Positions 7,293-14,938 of a DNA stretch of 32,000 nucleotides are shown one piece after another; position 1 is the stretch's first letter; each line of letters begins with the position of its first letter. The notes beneath the pieces were generated by a model. That model had not been told where the DNA came from. It made no database searches and saw nothing but the letters and a program-made list of their open reading frames with translations. The stretch is from Dysgonomonas capnocytophagoides DSM 22835 (GTDB taxonomy: Bacteria > Bacteroidota > Bacteroidia > Bacteroidales > Dysgonomonadaceae), in NCBI RefSeq assembly GCF_000426485.1, contig NZ_KE384530.1, forward strand, positions 136,829-168,828, given 5' to 3'. A program made the translations under genes and the position numbers.

Positions 7293-8591
7293 ATGAATAA
7301 AGCTATTTTACGACTGGCGATTCCCAATATAATATCTAATATAACCGTACCCTTGCTTAGTATGGTAGATATGTCTATTGTCGGGCATCTCGATAAAGAA
7401 ATATTTATAAGTGCCATTGCTATTGCCGTCATCATATTTAACTTTATGTATTGGAGTTTTTCCTTTCTGCGTATGGGAACGAGCGGTTTTACTGCTCAGG
7501 CTTACGGTGCTGGTAACAGTACGGAAACGGGTGTCATTTTATTGCGTTCTTTATTGATTGCTTTTTCTGCGGGAGTGCTGATCGTAGTGTTGCAATATCC
7601 TATTTTCGAAATATTCTTTAGAGTGGTTAATGCCGAACAGGAGCTTAAAATTTATGCAGCCGATTATTTCTATATATATGTTTGGGCTGCTCCGGCCGTA
7701 CTTGGTATGTACGCTTTTGCGGGGTGGTATGTAGGAATGCAGGATGCCCGTACGCCGATGGTGATTGCTATTGCTGTAAATGTTATCAATATATCACTGA
7801 GCCTTTTGTTTGTTTATGTATTCAATATGCAGCTCAGGGGTGTTGCTCTGGGATCGGCTTTGGCTCAGTTATCGGGGTTTTTATTGTCTTTCGCTATCTG
7901 GTTCTTTAAGTATAAGAATATCAGGTTGACATTGGATTACAAGCGGCTGAAAGACTGGTCTTCTTATCTTCCCTTTTTTCGGGTTAATGCCGATATATTC
8001 ATCAGGACACTATTACTTATAGCGGTTACTACGTTTTTTACATCTATATCAGCAAGAATGGGTGCTATCGTTTTAGCTGCAAACGCATTATTGATGCAGT
8101 TATTTACATTGTTCTCTTATATAATGGATGGATTTGCTTATGCAGCAGAAGCCCTAACAGGTCGTTTTGTCGGAGCGAAGCAATATTTGCAGCTTAATAG
8201 AATGATTCGGAATGTCTTTCTTTGGGGATTGTGTTTCGTTGCGTTGTTTACACTCGGATATGGACTGTTCACAGAGTCTATTTTAGGTATTCTCACCGAT
8301 AAATCGGAAGTTATTGCTGTTTGTGAAGAATACCGTATGTGGATACTGATTGTGCCGATAGCAGGTTTTTCTGCTTTTCTTTGGGACGGGATATTTATCG
8401 GAGCGACTGCGTCACGTCAAATGAGGAATTCGATGTTCGTGGCAGCCGGATGTTTCTTTGTTATTTATTATTCTTTACAATCCCATTTGGGGAATAATGC
8501 TCTTTGGCTGGCCTTTATCGTATATCTGTCTATGCGTGGAGTGATGCAGGCGATACTGTATCGAACCAAGATAAAACAGACTCTTATCTGA
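7293..8591 (+). CDS. MATE family efflux transporter (DinF-like)
   Basis: 432 aa and polytopic. The N-terminus ILRLAIPNIISNITVPLLSMVDMSIVGHL is the typical MATE start, and roughly 12 hydrophobic segments are present. Confidence 0.9.
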   Translation: MNKAILRLAIPNIISNITVPLLSMVDMSIVGHLDKEIFISAIAIAVIIFNFMYWSFSFLRMGTSGFTAQAYGAGNSTETGVILLRSLLIAFSAGVLIVVLQYPIFEIFFRVVNAEQELKIYAADYFYIYVWAAPAVLGMYAFAGWYVGMQDARTPMVIAIAVNVINISLSLLFVYVFNMQLRGVALGSALAQLSGFLLSFAIWFFKYKNIRLTLDYKRLKDWSSYLPFFRVNADIFIRTLLLIAVTTFFTSISARMGAIVLAANALLMQLFTLFSYIMDGFAYAAEALTGRFVGAKQYLQLNRMIRNVFLWGLCFVALFTLGYGLFTESILGILTDKSEVIAVCEEYRMWILIVPIAGFSAFLWDGIFIGATASRQMRNSMFVAAGCFFVIYYSLQSHLGNNALWLAFIVYLSMRGVMQAILYRTKIKQTLI

Positions 8592-9267
8592 AATCGACAG
8601 GGTCTATCTTTTTCATCAAGCTGAGTATCTTGTATTTTCTCTTTTGGACATATGCCGAAGGTTTCGCCGAGTTAAATCTCTTTGGGTTGGGTAATGTGGC
8701 GGCAATAAGGGCGCACTGTTCCGCTGTAAGTTTGCTTGCCGGTTTGTTGAAGTGTTTTTGGGCTACAGCTTCTGCCCCATAAATATTTTCGCCCATCTCT
8801 ATTGAATTGAGATAGACCTCCATGATGCGCTCTTTGCCCCAGATCAGCTCAATTAATACAGTGTAATAGGCTTCTAATCCTTTTCGGATAAAAGATCTGC
8901 CTTGCCACAAGAATACATTCTTTGCAGTTTGCTGACTTATGGTGCTGGCTCCACGCAATCGTTTGCCTTTTTTGTCGGCATCTTCCTGAGCCTTTGCTAT
9001 TTGCTTGAAATCGAATCCGGAGTGATCAATGAACAGGTTGTCTTCTGAAGCTACAACCGCTTGAGGGAGGTGTTTGGATATCTTTTCGATAGGAACCCAT
9101 TTGTGTTCGCATTCCACGCTTCCTTTATCGAACAGTTGGCTTAGGTTGTTCGATATCATCAGAGGAGTATAATAAACAGGGATAAATTTTAGGATAAGAA
9201 CTTGTACTATGCTGAATACGAATAGACATATAACAATGTTCCGTATCCATTTTAAAGCCTTTTTCAT
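8584..9267 (-). CDS. mtgA: Monofunctional biosynthetic peptidoglycan transglycosylase
   Basis: 227 aa with an N-terminal membrane anchor. GT51 motifs are present: ASEDNLFIDHSGFD, RGASTISQQTAKNVFL, KERIMEVYLN. The 3' end overlaps the MATE gene 3' end by 8 bp (convergent). Confidence 0.9.
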   Translation of the reverse strand: MKKALKWIRNIVICLFVFSIVQVLILKFIPVYYTPLMISNNLSQLFDKGSVECEHKWVPIEKISKHLPQAVVASEDNLFIDHSGFDFKQIAKAQEDADKKGKRLRGASTISQQTAKNVFLWQGRSFIRKGLEAYYTVLIELIWGKERIMEVYLNSIEMGENIYGAEAVAQKHFNKPASKLTAEQCALIAATLPNPKRFNSAKPSAYVQKRKYKILSLMKKIDPVDFR

Positions 9268-9298
9268 TTGTATAACCTATTGGAGATCTTTTTTTTCT

Positions 9299-9352
9299 TA
9301 AAAAAATGCATCATACTTCAGATCCTATTGTACAGATCTCAAATATGATGCA
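9299..9352 (-). terminator. Intrinsic terminator after the porin gene
   Basis: On the minus strand, TGCATCATA (9352..9344) pairs with TATGATGCA (9315..9307). An inner AGATC/GATCT stem is present, and T7 follows. The element begins 27 nt after the stop. Confidence 0.6.
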
Positions 9353-9379
9353 AAAGTAATAATTTATACGTTGATTCGA

Positions 9380-10531
9380 TTAAAAAACGATTTGCATTTG
9401 TGCATATACAGTATTACTGTCTTCTGCACCCCATTTTTTAGAATAGTTCGAATGGATGTAGTTTAATTGGAATCTGCATTGAGGGAAGAAATAGTAGTTT
9501 AACCCCAAGGTATAATCCATCACTTCACTGTTGATAGCTTTGTTGTTATTGTAATAATCGACTTTAGCTACAGCATTGAATTTTTTAGGAGCAAAATAGT
9601 ATAGCAGCGAGCCGTACACTCCTTCACGGTCTATACCTCCGTCATTTCCTTTGAACCATTCGGCACGGGCTGTCAATCGGTCTGTTTGGTAGTCTGAACT
9701 GATACCCCAGCGGTTTCTTACATGGTCGGCAGTTGTAATTCCACCATCGTTTGAATATGTGGCCTGTCCGAAATAAGCTCCGGCTCCTACTCTGAAGCCT
9801 TTTATGGGCTGTAATAGCAGAGTTCCGGCAAAGTCCTTAGTATTATTTTGTTCGCGGGTAGTGATCCCCGATCCCTGAAATACACCGAGTGAATATTGGA
9901 TCAGATCGTGATTACCCATTGGTGCTAATGATCCGGATGCCTGAATACCGATGTCACGACCGCCATTGTTTCTGTTGTTCTGTTTTTTCATCACATCATC
10001 GCCCATGCTTACTAAACTGGAGATTGTTCGGGAATACATTACGGTTTCCAGATTAGTGAGGCTGATTTGATTTTCTAAAGAGAAAGGTACTTTAAACTGT
10101 CCGGCTCTGATGTTGAATTGTTTTGTAGGTGTCCAATCCAAATATAATTCATGTAAAAGCGGATCGACTAGTTCAGCCATAATAAAGTAGCTTATGCTGT
10201 TGGTAAGTTTTCCGTTCATATGAAGAAACGCTACACGGGGTTCAAAATCGTGTTTTACATTCGATACATCGCTGTATTTGTACATCAATAAGCCATAGCC
10301 GCCAAATTTCATATACGGTGTATTGAATGCATCTCTGACCTTGTCTACTTTCTGAGACAAGGATACAGGTTGAGATTGTTTGTTGTTTTCTTTGGCTATT
10401 TCATCAGCTTCCTGCTGAGTAAGGACTTGTTTGTCGACAAGCTTCTTAAGTAAGGCGTTGTCGTCATTCTTTTGTCCGAATACACACATTGCAGACAAAA
10501 GTAGGGCTCCTGATAGTAGTAATTTTTTCAT
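9380..10531 (-). CDS. Outer-membrane porin, phosphate-selective porin O/P (OprO/OprP) family
   Basis: 383 aa with a signal peptide. It has alternating beta-strand character and a C-terminal aromatic residue (QMQIVF). GQFKVPFSLEN is typical of the porin O/P family. Confidence 0.75.
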   Translation of the reverse strand: MKKLLLSGALLLSAMCVFGQKNDDNALLKKLVDKQVLTQQEADEIAKENNKQSQPVSLSQKVDKVRDAFNTPYMKFGGYGLLMYKYSDVSNVKHDFEPRVAFLHMNGKLTNSISYFIMAELVDPLLHELYLDWTPTKQFNIRAGQFKVPFSLENQISLTNLETVMYSRTISSLVSMGDDVMKKQNNRNNGGRDIGIQASGSLAPMGNHDLIQYSLGVFQGSGITTREQNNTKDFAGTLLLQPIKGFRVGAGAYFGQATYSNDGGITTADHVRNRWGISSDYQTDRLTARAEWFKGNDGGIDREGVYGSLLYYFAPKKFNAVAKVDYYNNNKAINSEVMDYTLGLNYYFFPQCRFQLNYIHSNYSKKWGAEDSNTVYAQMQIVF

Positions 10532-10547
10532 GGTCTGAGTTTTTACG

Positions 10548-10555
10548 TCAAAAAT
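10548..10555 (-). promoter_or_regulatory. -7 box TATTTTTG, candidate porin promoter
   Basis: It matches exactly on the minus strand, 16 nt upstream of the porin ATG. Confidence 0.45.
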
Positions 10556-10602
10556 AAAGAATTTTTTTAAGTAAGAATAAGCGGTTGTCTTCGATTTCTT
10601 TG

Positions 10603-10623
10603 AGTGTTATTTTAAGTGTTATT
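10603..10623. repeat. Direct repeat AGTGTTATT x2 (12-bp period) upstream of the porin gene
   Basis: The copies are at 10603-10611 and 10615-10623. The nearer edge lies 47 bp upstream (in sense direction) of the candidate -7 box at 10555..10548. Confidence 0.5.
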
Positions 10624-10785
10624 CAGATGTTGATCATTTAAAGCAGCACCGTTTATCCTAATATCATAGGTTTCTAAATTAGTGAAAAAATGCGAAAATA
10701 TATAAATATATATATAAAATCTATCTGTTTGTAAATCTGTTATTTGTTTAGCTGAGGTCTTATAAGCCTTACCTGTTGAAAAAAG

Positions 10786-11637
10786 TCAGGAGTGAATGAT
10801 ATAGAAAACAAGTTCGAGATATACAAATTGTGCAGGAATCGAGAATATGACGCTGTCTATTCTGTCTAGAATACCTCCGTGCCCGGGAAGAAGGTCTCCT
10901 GAGTCCTTTACATCAAGGGTTCGTTTCATCAGAGATTCGATAAGGTCTCCTAAAGTTCCGGCAGAGATCATTATGACAGCAAATCCAATCCATGCCCATA
11001 ATGGGAGCTCAGTATAGAATTGAGCATAAATAATGGCTGCGACTATTGAGAATAATGCTCCTCCGATGAACCCCTCCCATGATTTTTTAGGAGAGACACG
11101 TTCAAATAACCTATGTTTGCCGAAAAGAGAACCTGTGAGATAGGCAAACGAATCATTAACCCAAATGAATATGAATAGAGCTAACAACAGCGCATGGTGA
11201 TAAGAGCCTGTCAATCCTTTGTATCCGAAAGCCAGAAAGTTCAGCAGCGATAAGGGGATGGCGATATACATTTGTCCTAATACTGCATACGCAAGTGATA
11301 AAATAGGATTTGGGTGTTTGGCATATAATTCAGACACAAAAAGTATCAGAAGATAGATAGCATATGGCACTAAAAGTATAAGTGAATGGCTCGTAGATGA
11401 AAAGAAGAAGTATGCACTGATAAACAGGCATAACCCTCCTATTGTATTTAGTATTTTATTTAGTGGTGTTTTACCGGCTTTGCTGAGCAGTCCGTAAAAT
11501 TCATAGAGAGCCAAAGACGTAATGATTGAAAATACAATCAGGAAAGTATATTGGTTGAAGAGGATACCGCCCATTAGTAAGCAAATGAATATTACTCCGG
11601 TAAAAATGCGCGTTCCTAGATTCTTTAGATTTAGCAC
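10786..11637 (-). CDS. cdsA: Phosphatidate cytidylyltransferase (CDP-diglyceride synthase)
   Basis: 283 aa polytopic membrane protein. The CTP_transf_1 signature is SPKKSWEGFIGG...KRTLDVKDSGDLLPGHGGILDRIDS. The start codon appears to be GTG. Confidence 0.9.
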   Translation of the reverse strand: MLNLKNLGTRIFTGVIFICLLMGGILFNQYTFLIVFSIITSLALYEFYGLLSKAGKTPLNKILNTIGGLCLFISAYFFFSSTSHSLILLVPYAIYLLILFVSELYAKHPNPILSLAYAVLGQMYIAIPLSLLNFLAFGYKGLTGSYHHALLLALFIFIWVNDSFAYLTGSLFGKHRLFERVSPKKSWEGFIGGALFSIVAAIIYAQFYTELPLWAWIGFAVIMISAGTLGDLIESLMKRTLDVKDSGDLLPGHGGILDRIDSVIFSIPAQFVYLELVFYIIHS

Positions 11638-11686
11638 CTGTTTTATGATTTTAGCAGAAAAGCACCTGCTTAATTTTAGAATACTG

Positions 11687-11694
11687 CAAATATA
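11687..11694 (-). promoter_or_regulatory. -7 box TATATTTG, candidate cdsA promoter
   Basis: It matches exactly on the minus strand, directly after the ftsH terminator and about 50 nt upstream of the cdsA GTG. Confidence 0.45.
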
Positions 11695-11696
11695 AT

Positions 11697-11729
11697 GAAA
11701 AAGGTATAGTTTATGAACTATACCTTTTC
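11697..11729 (-). terminator. Intrinsic terminator after ftsH
   Basis: A perfect 13-bp stem AAAAGGTATAGTT/AACTATACCTTTT (11699-11711 / 11716-11728) has a 4-nt loop and T-runs on both sides. It lies 9 nt after the ftsH stop, and the cdsA promoter box follows immediately. Confidence 0.7.
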
Positions 11730-11737
11730 AGTTAATT

Positions 11738-13786
11738 TTATTCTGATTGATCTTCTGAAGCCAAGAGGGGGGAGCCCGGCTGTGATACATCCGGTTCCGA
11801 TATCTGATTCTCAGACTCTTTAGGTTTATCCGCCTGTTTGGGAGGTTCCTGTTGGTGCTCGGCTTCTTTCAGTATTTCTTCCGAACGAGAAATCCATTGA
11901 CGCTGACCGAATATCTCTTTGAGGTTATCGGAGAATATGACTTCTTTTTCGAGAAGAAGATCTGCCAACTTATTATGTCCTTCGGCATGTTCGCGTAATA
12001 GGCTTTTGGCTCTTTCGTATTGAGTATTGATCATTTCCTGAACTTCTTTGTCTATGATCAACGCAGTCTCTTCGCTATAGGGTTTTGTAAATCCATATCC
12101 CTGGCCTGTAGAATCATAAAAACATACGTTTGGAATATTCGGACTCATACCCATGTACGAGATCATTGCATAGGCTTGTTTGGTGACACGCTCAAGGTCA
12201 TTCATTGCACCGGACGATATTTGACCTATAAATACTTCTTCTGCAGCACGTCCTCCCAATAAGGCACAAAGCTCATCAAGCATTTGTTCCTTGGTTGTGA
12301 TCTGTCTTTCTTCGGGCAGATACCAGGCTGCACCCAATGCTTTACCACGTGGCACGATTGTAACCTTAACCAACGGATCGGCATGTTCAAGAAACCAGCT
12401 TAGAGTAGCGTGCCCAGCTTCGTGTATCGCTATTGTTTTACGTTCGTTGAGGGTTGTTACTTTACTTTTCTTTTCAAGTCCCCCTACAATGCGGTCAATC
12501 GCACTTGTGAAATCACTCTCGGTAACAACTTTCTTATGATTACGAGCTGCAATCAAAGCCGCTTCATTACATACATTCGCAATGTCTGCTCCTGAAAATC
12601 CGGGAGTCTGGCGGGCTAAAAACTCGATATCAGCACTGTCGTCTATTTTGATCGGACGTAAGTGTACTTTGAATATTTGTTTACGGTCGTTTAGGTCCGG
12701 CAGGTCAACATAGATCTGACGGTCGAAACGTCCAGCACGAAGTAAGGCTTTATCCAGAATATCGGCACGGTTTGTAGCTGCAAGAACTATTACACCGCTG
12801 TTAGTTCCGAAACCATCCATTTCTGTCAAAAGCTGATTCAGTGTATTCTCGCGCTCGTCATTCGATCCCATATTCGGATTCTTACCACGGGCACGTCCTA
12901 TCGCATCTATTTCGTCAATGAAAATGATACAAGGCGCTTTTTCTTTCGCTTGTTTAAATAAGTCTCTTACACGTGATGCTCCAACTCCCACAAACATTTC
13001 TACGAAGTCAGATCCAGACATAGAAAAGAATGGTACATCAGCTTCGCCTGCAACGGCTTTTGCCAACAAGGTTTTACCTGTTCCCGGAGGGCCAACAAGC
13101 AATGCTCCTTTGGGTATTTTAGCCCCGATTTCGGTATAACGTGACGCATTGCGCAGAAACTCTACCATTTCTTCGAGTTCTTCTTTTGCTTCGGCTAATC
13201 CGGCTACATCTTTAAATGTAATTTTAGCATCCGATCCTTTGTCGTATAACTGTGCTTTGGATTTTCCTACGCTGAATACACCGCCTCCGCCTCCGGAACC
13301 ACCTCCCGACATACGGCGCATAATGTATATCCAGATACCGATAAGAACGATAAAAGGAAGAAAGCCTACGAGCAAATCAGTAAAATCCGATCCGGTTTCG
13401 TAACTTACATCTATCTTGTATTTATTAGTAGCGATAACTTTATCGTAAAAATCCGAAAATTTATCAGCCGATGGTATGCTTACTATGATAGAAGGATCAC
13501 TGCCAACCTTTGATGGTTCCTGGTTGAACACACGTTGTACCGAATCTTTCCGTATATACGCCTGCAAGGAATTCTTCTTATTGTAAACCACAATACGCTC
13601 AACACAATTCTCTTCGGTGTATTTTTGGAAGTCAGACCAGCCGACTTCTTTTACCATTGCGTTTTGCGAAAAGAAGTATATTCCGATAATAGAAGCTAGA
13701 AGAATGATATATATCCAATAGCTCGAAACAGGTATTTTAGGACCTTTACCTTTTGATAAAGGATTTTTATTGTTTCTATTTTCCAT
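11738..13786 (-). CDS. ftsH: ATP-dependent zinc metalloprotease FtsH
   Basis: 682 aa. Motifs present are Walker A GPPGTGKT, Walker B IIFIDEID, the SRH region, and the zinc site HEAGHA. The C-terminal tail is acidic and Pro-rich. Confidence 0.97.
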   Translation of the reverse strand: MENRNNKNPLSKGKGPKIPVSSYWIYIILLASIIGIYFFSQNAMVKEVGWSDFQKYTEENCVERIVVYNKKNSLQAYIRKDSVQRVFNQEPSKVGSDPSIIVSIPSADKFSDFYDKVIATNKYKIDVSYETGSDFTDLLVGFLPFIVLIGIWIYIMRRMSGGGSGGGGGVFSVGKSKAQLYDKGSDAKITFKDVAGLAEAKEELEEMVEFLRNASRYTEIGAKIPKGALLVGPPGTGKTLLAKAVAGEADVPFFSMSGSDFVEMFVGVGASRVRDLFKQAKEKAPCIIFIDEIDAIGRARGKNPNMGSNDERENTLNQLLTEMDGFGTNSGVIVLAATNRADILDKALLRAGRFDRQIYVDLPDLNDRKQIFKVHLRPIKIDDSADIEFLARQTPGFSGADIANVCNEAALIAARNHKKVVTESDFTSAIDRIVGGLEKKSKVTTLNERKTIAIHEAGHATLSWFLEHADPLVKVTIVPRGKALGAAWYLPEERQITTKEQMLDELCALLGGRAAEEVFIGQISSGAMNDLERVTKQAYAMISYMGMSPNIPNVCFYDSTGQGYGFTKPYSEETALIIDKEVQEMINTQYERAKSLLREHAEGHNKLADLLLEKEVIFSDNLKEIFGQRQWISRSEEILKEAEHQQEPPKQADKPKESENQISEPDVSQPGSPLLASEDQSE

Positions 13787-13792
13787 ATAATG

Positions 13793-13811
13793 AAGGTCGC
13801 AGACCTTTTTT
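13793..13811. repeat. Palindromic element copy: AAGGTCGCAGACCTTTTTT
   Basis: It lies 6 nt upstream of the ftsH ATG at 13786. Confidence 0.65.
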
Positions 13812-13834
13812 GTTATCTATTTCCAATTCAAAAT

Positions 13835-13852
13835 AAGGCCTCAGACCTTTTT
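13835..13852. repeat. Palindromic element copy: AAGGCCTCAGACCTTTTT
   Basis: It lies 48 nt upstream of the ftsH ATG and 42 bp from the previous copy. Confidence 0.65.
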
Positions 13853-14019
13853 GTTGATTTTGCAAGCATAACAGCAACAGTTGGTTATCGCTTGAATGCA
13901 TTATTAAATACTTTCTGTCACTTAATATGATACTTCTGAAAAGTAACAGAAATTAAAATCCCTGAACTTTAATTCTGTTTATTCATAACATTTTAATGTT
14001 TTGATTGTTCAGCCCTGAA

Positions 14020-14379
14020 CTAATCTATATCAGGAATCTGCTCCAATTTAGCATCCGCCCATAGGTGTTCCAGATCATAGAATTCACGAAGTTCAGGTAT
14101 AAAGATATGAACAATTACTGTGCCATAGTCTATACCAACCCATCTGGCTTCACGCATTCCATCCATTGTGATAGGTCTTTCGTTCGATTTTTTCTTGAGA
14201 CTGTCAACTACCTCATCTGCAATGGCAGAGACTTGTATTGGGGTATTACCTTCGCAAATAACAAAATATTTGCAGATAGCACCGGGCAGTTCGGACAAAT
14301 CGACAGTTACAATATTTTTTGCTTTTCGATCTTGACATGCAGCCACAATATGATTCACCAGGTTTTTTTCTTCGTTCAT
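14020..14379 (-). CDS. rsfS: Ribosome silencing factor RsfS (YbeB/iojap)
   Basis: 119 aa. The sequence KKAKNIVTVDL..ICKYFVICEGNTPIQVSAIAD..WVGIDYGTVIVHIF..REFYDLEHLW is the RsfS family pattern. It lies directly upstream of ftsH, as is usual in Bacteroidota. Confidence 0.9.
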   Translation of the reverse strand: MNEEKNLVNHIVAACQDRKAKNIVTVDLSELPGAICKYFVICEGNTPIQVSAIADEVVDSLKKKSNERPITMDGMREARWVGIDYGTVIVHIFIPELREFYDLEHLWADAKLEQIPDID

Positions 14380-14579
14380 TATTTCTTTTGATCTATTTTA
14401 TATAAATATATTTTATGGTCGCAGAGTTATCCATGTCTCAGTTTATAGATAAAACATGTTGATCTGCGATTTTTGTCTGTTGATTTTTAACATTCAACTT
14501 TCAACCGTTTTTTATTTATTCAAAACTTACTGTTGTTCAATTGTCTTAACAACTATTGCTCTGAGACTTTTCCGATTTG

Positions 14580-14587
14580 CAAAGATA
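14580..14587 (-). promoter_or_regulatory. -7 box TATCTTTG (followed by CAAATCGG), candidate rsfS-ftsH promoter
   Basis: It matches TAnnTTTG exactly on the minus strand. The TTTGCAAAT context is typical of Bacteroides promoters. It lies about 200 nt upstream of the rsfS ATG. Confidence 0.45.
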
Positions 14588-14703
14588 ACGGTTTTTTTAT
14601 TTTAGAAGACGCAAAACAGTTATATGAGATTTTATTGTCTGATCTTTTTTCAGAAGTTTTAGATGTTTCTTAAGGTATATCTAAAAAAAGACTAACGCAT
14701 AAA

Positions 14704-14721
14704 AAGGTGACAAAAGTAACA
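14704..14721 (-). promoter_or_regulatory. Tandem 9-mer box B (TGTTACTTT TGTCACCTT) containing an exact -7 box TACTTTTG (14718..14711)
   Basis: It lies on the minus strand, 108 bp downstream (in sense direction) of box A and about 330 nt upstream of the rsfS ATG. Confidence 0.45.
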
Positions 14722-14811
14722 AGTGAAATGTATTTTTCGGTTTATTGCTTTTTTCAACCATTATCTTTTTTACTTCTAGATCGGCTGCACGTTTTTTAGG
14801 TTATTTCAAAA

Positions 14812-14829
14812 AAGGTAACAAAGGTAACA
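14812..14829 (-). promoter_or_regulatory. Tandem 9-mer box A (TGTTACCTT TGTTACCTT) containing an exact -7 box TACCTTTG (14826..14819)
   Basis: It is a perfect 9-bp tandem duplication on the minus strand, about 440 nt upstream of the rsfS ATG. Confidence 0.45.
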
Positions 14830-14938
14830 GCAAAATCAGTTATCCGTTATCAGTCTTTATTTTCTAATTATCGAATTTTCATGTCGGGACACTGTTTTTC
14901 TTATAGATAAAAAATATAAGTGAAGACAACCAATGATT

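Noticed and set aside
7065-7435. ORFs 7065..7262 (+, TTG start) and 7103..7435 (-) in the MATE upstream region
   Set aside because: Both run through the tandem 9-mer boxes, which produces KVTKVT-type translation, and through the hairpin region. The minus ORF overlaps the MATE N-terminus. There is no promoter or start context, so the region is better explained as regulatory DNA.
8584-8591. 8-bp convergent overlap of the MATE and mtgA 3' ends
   Set aside because: The overlap is real, but convergent overlaps are common in compact genomes. No structure or signal is associated with it.
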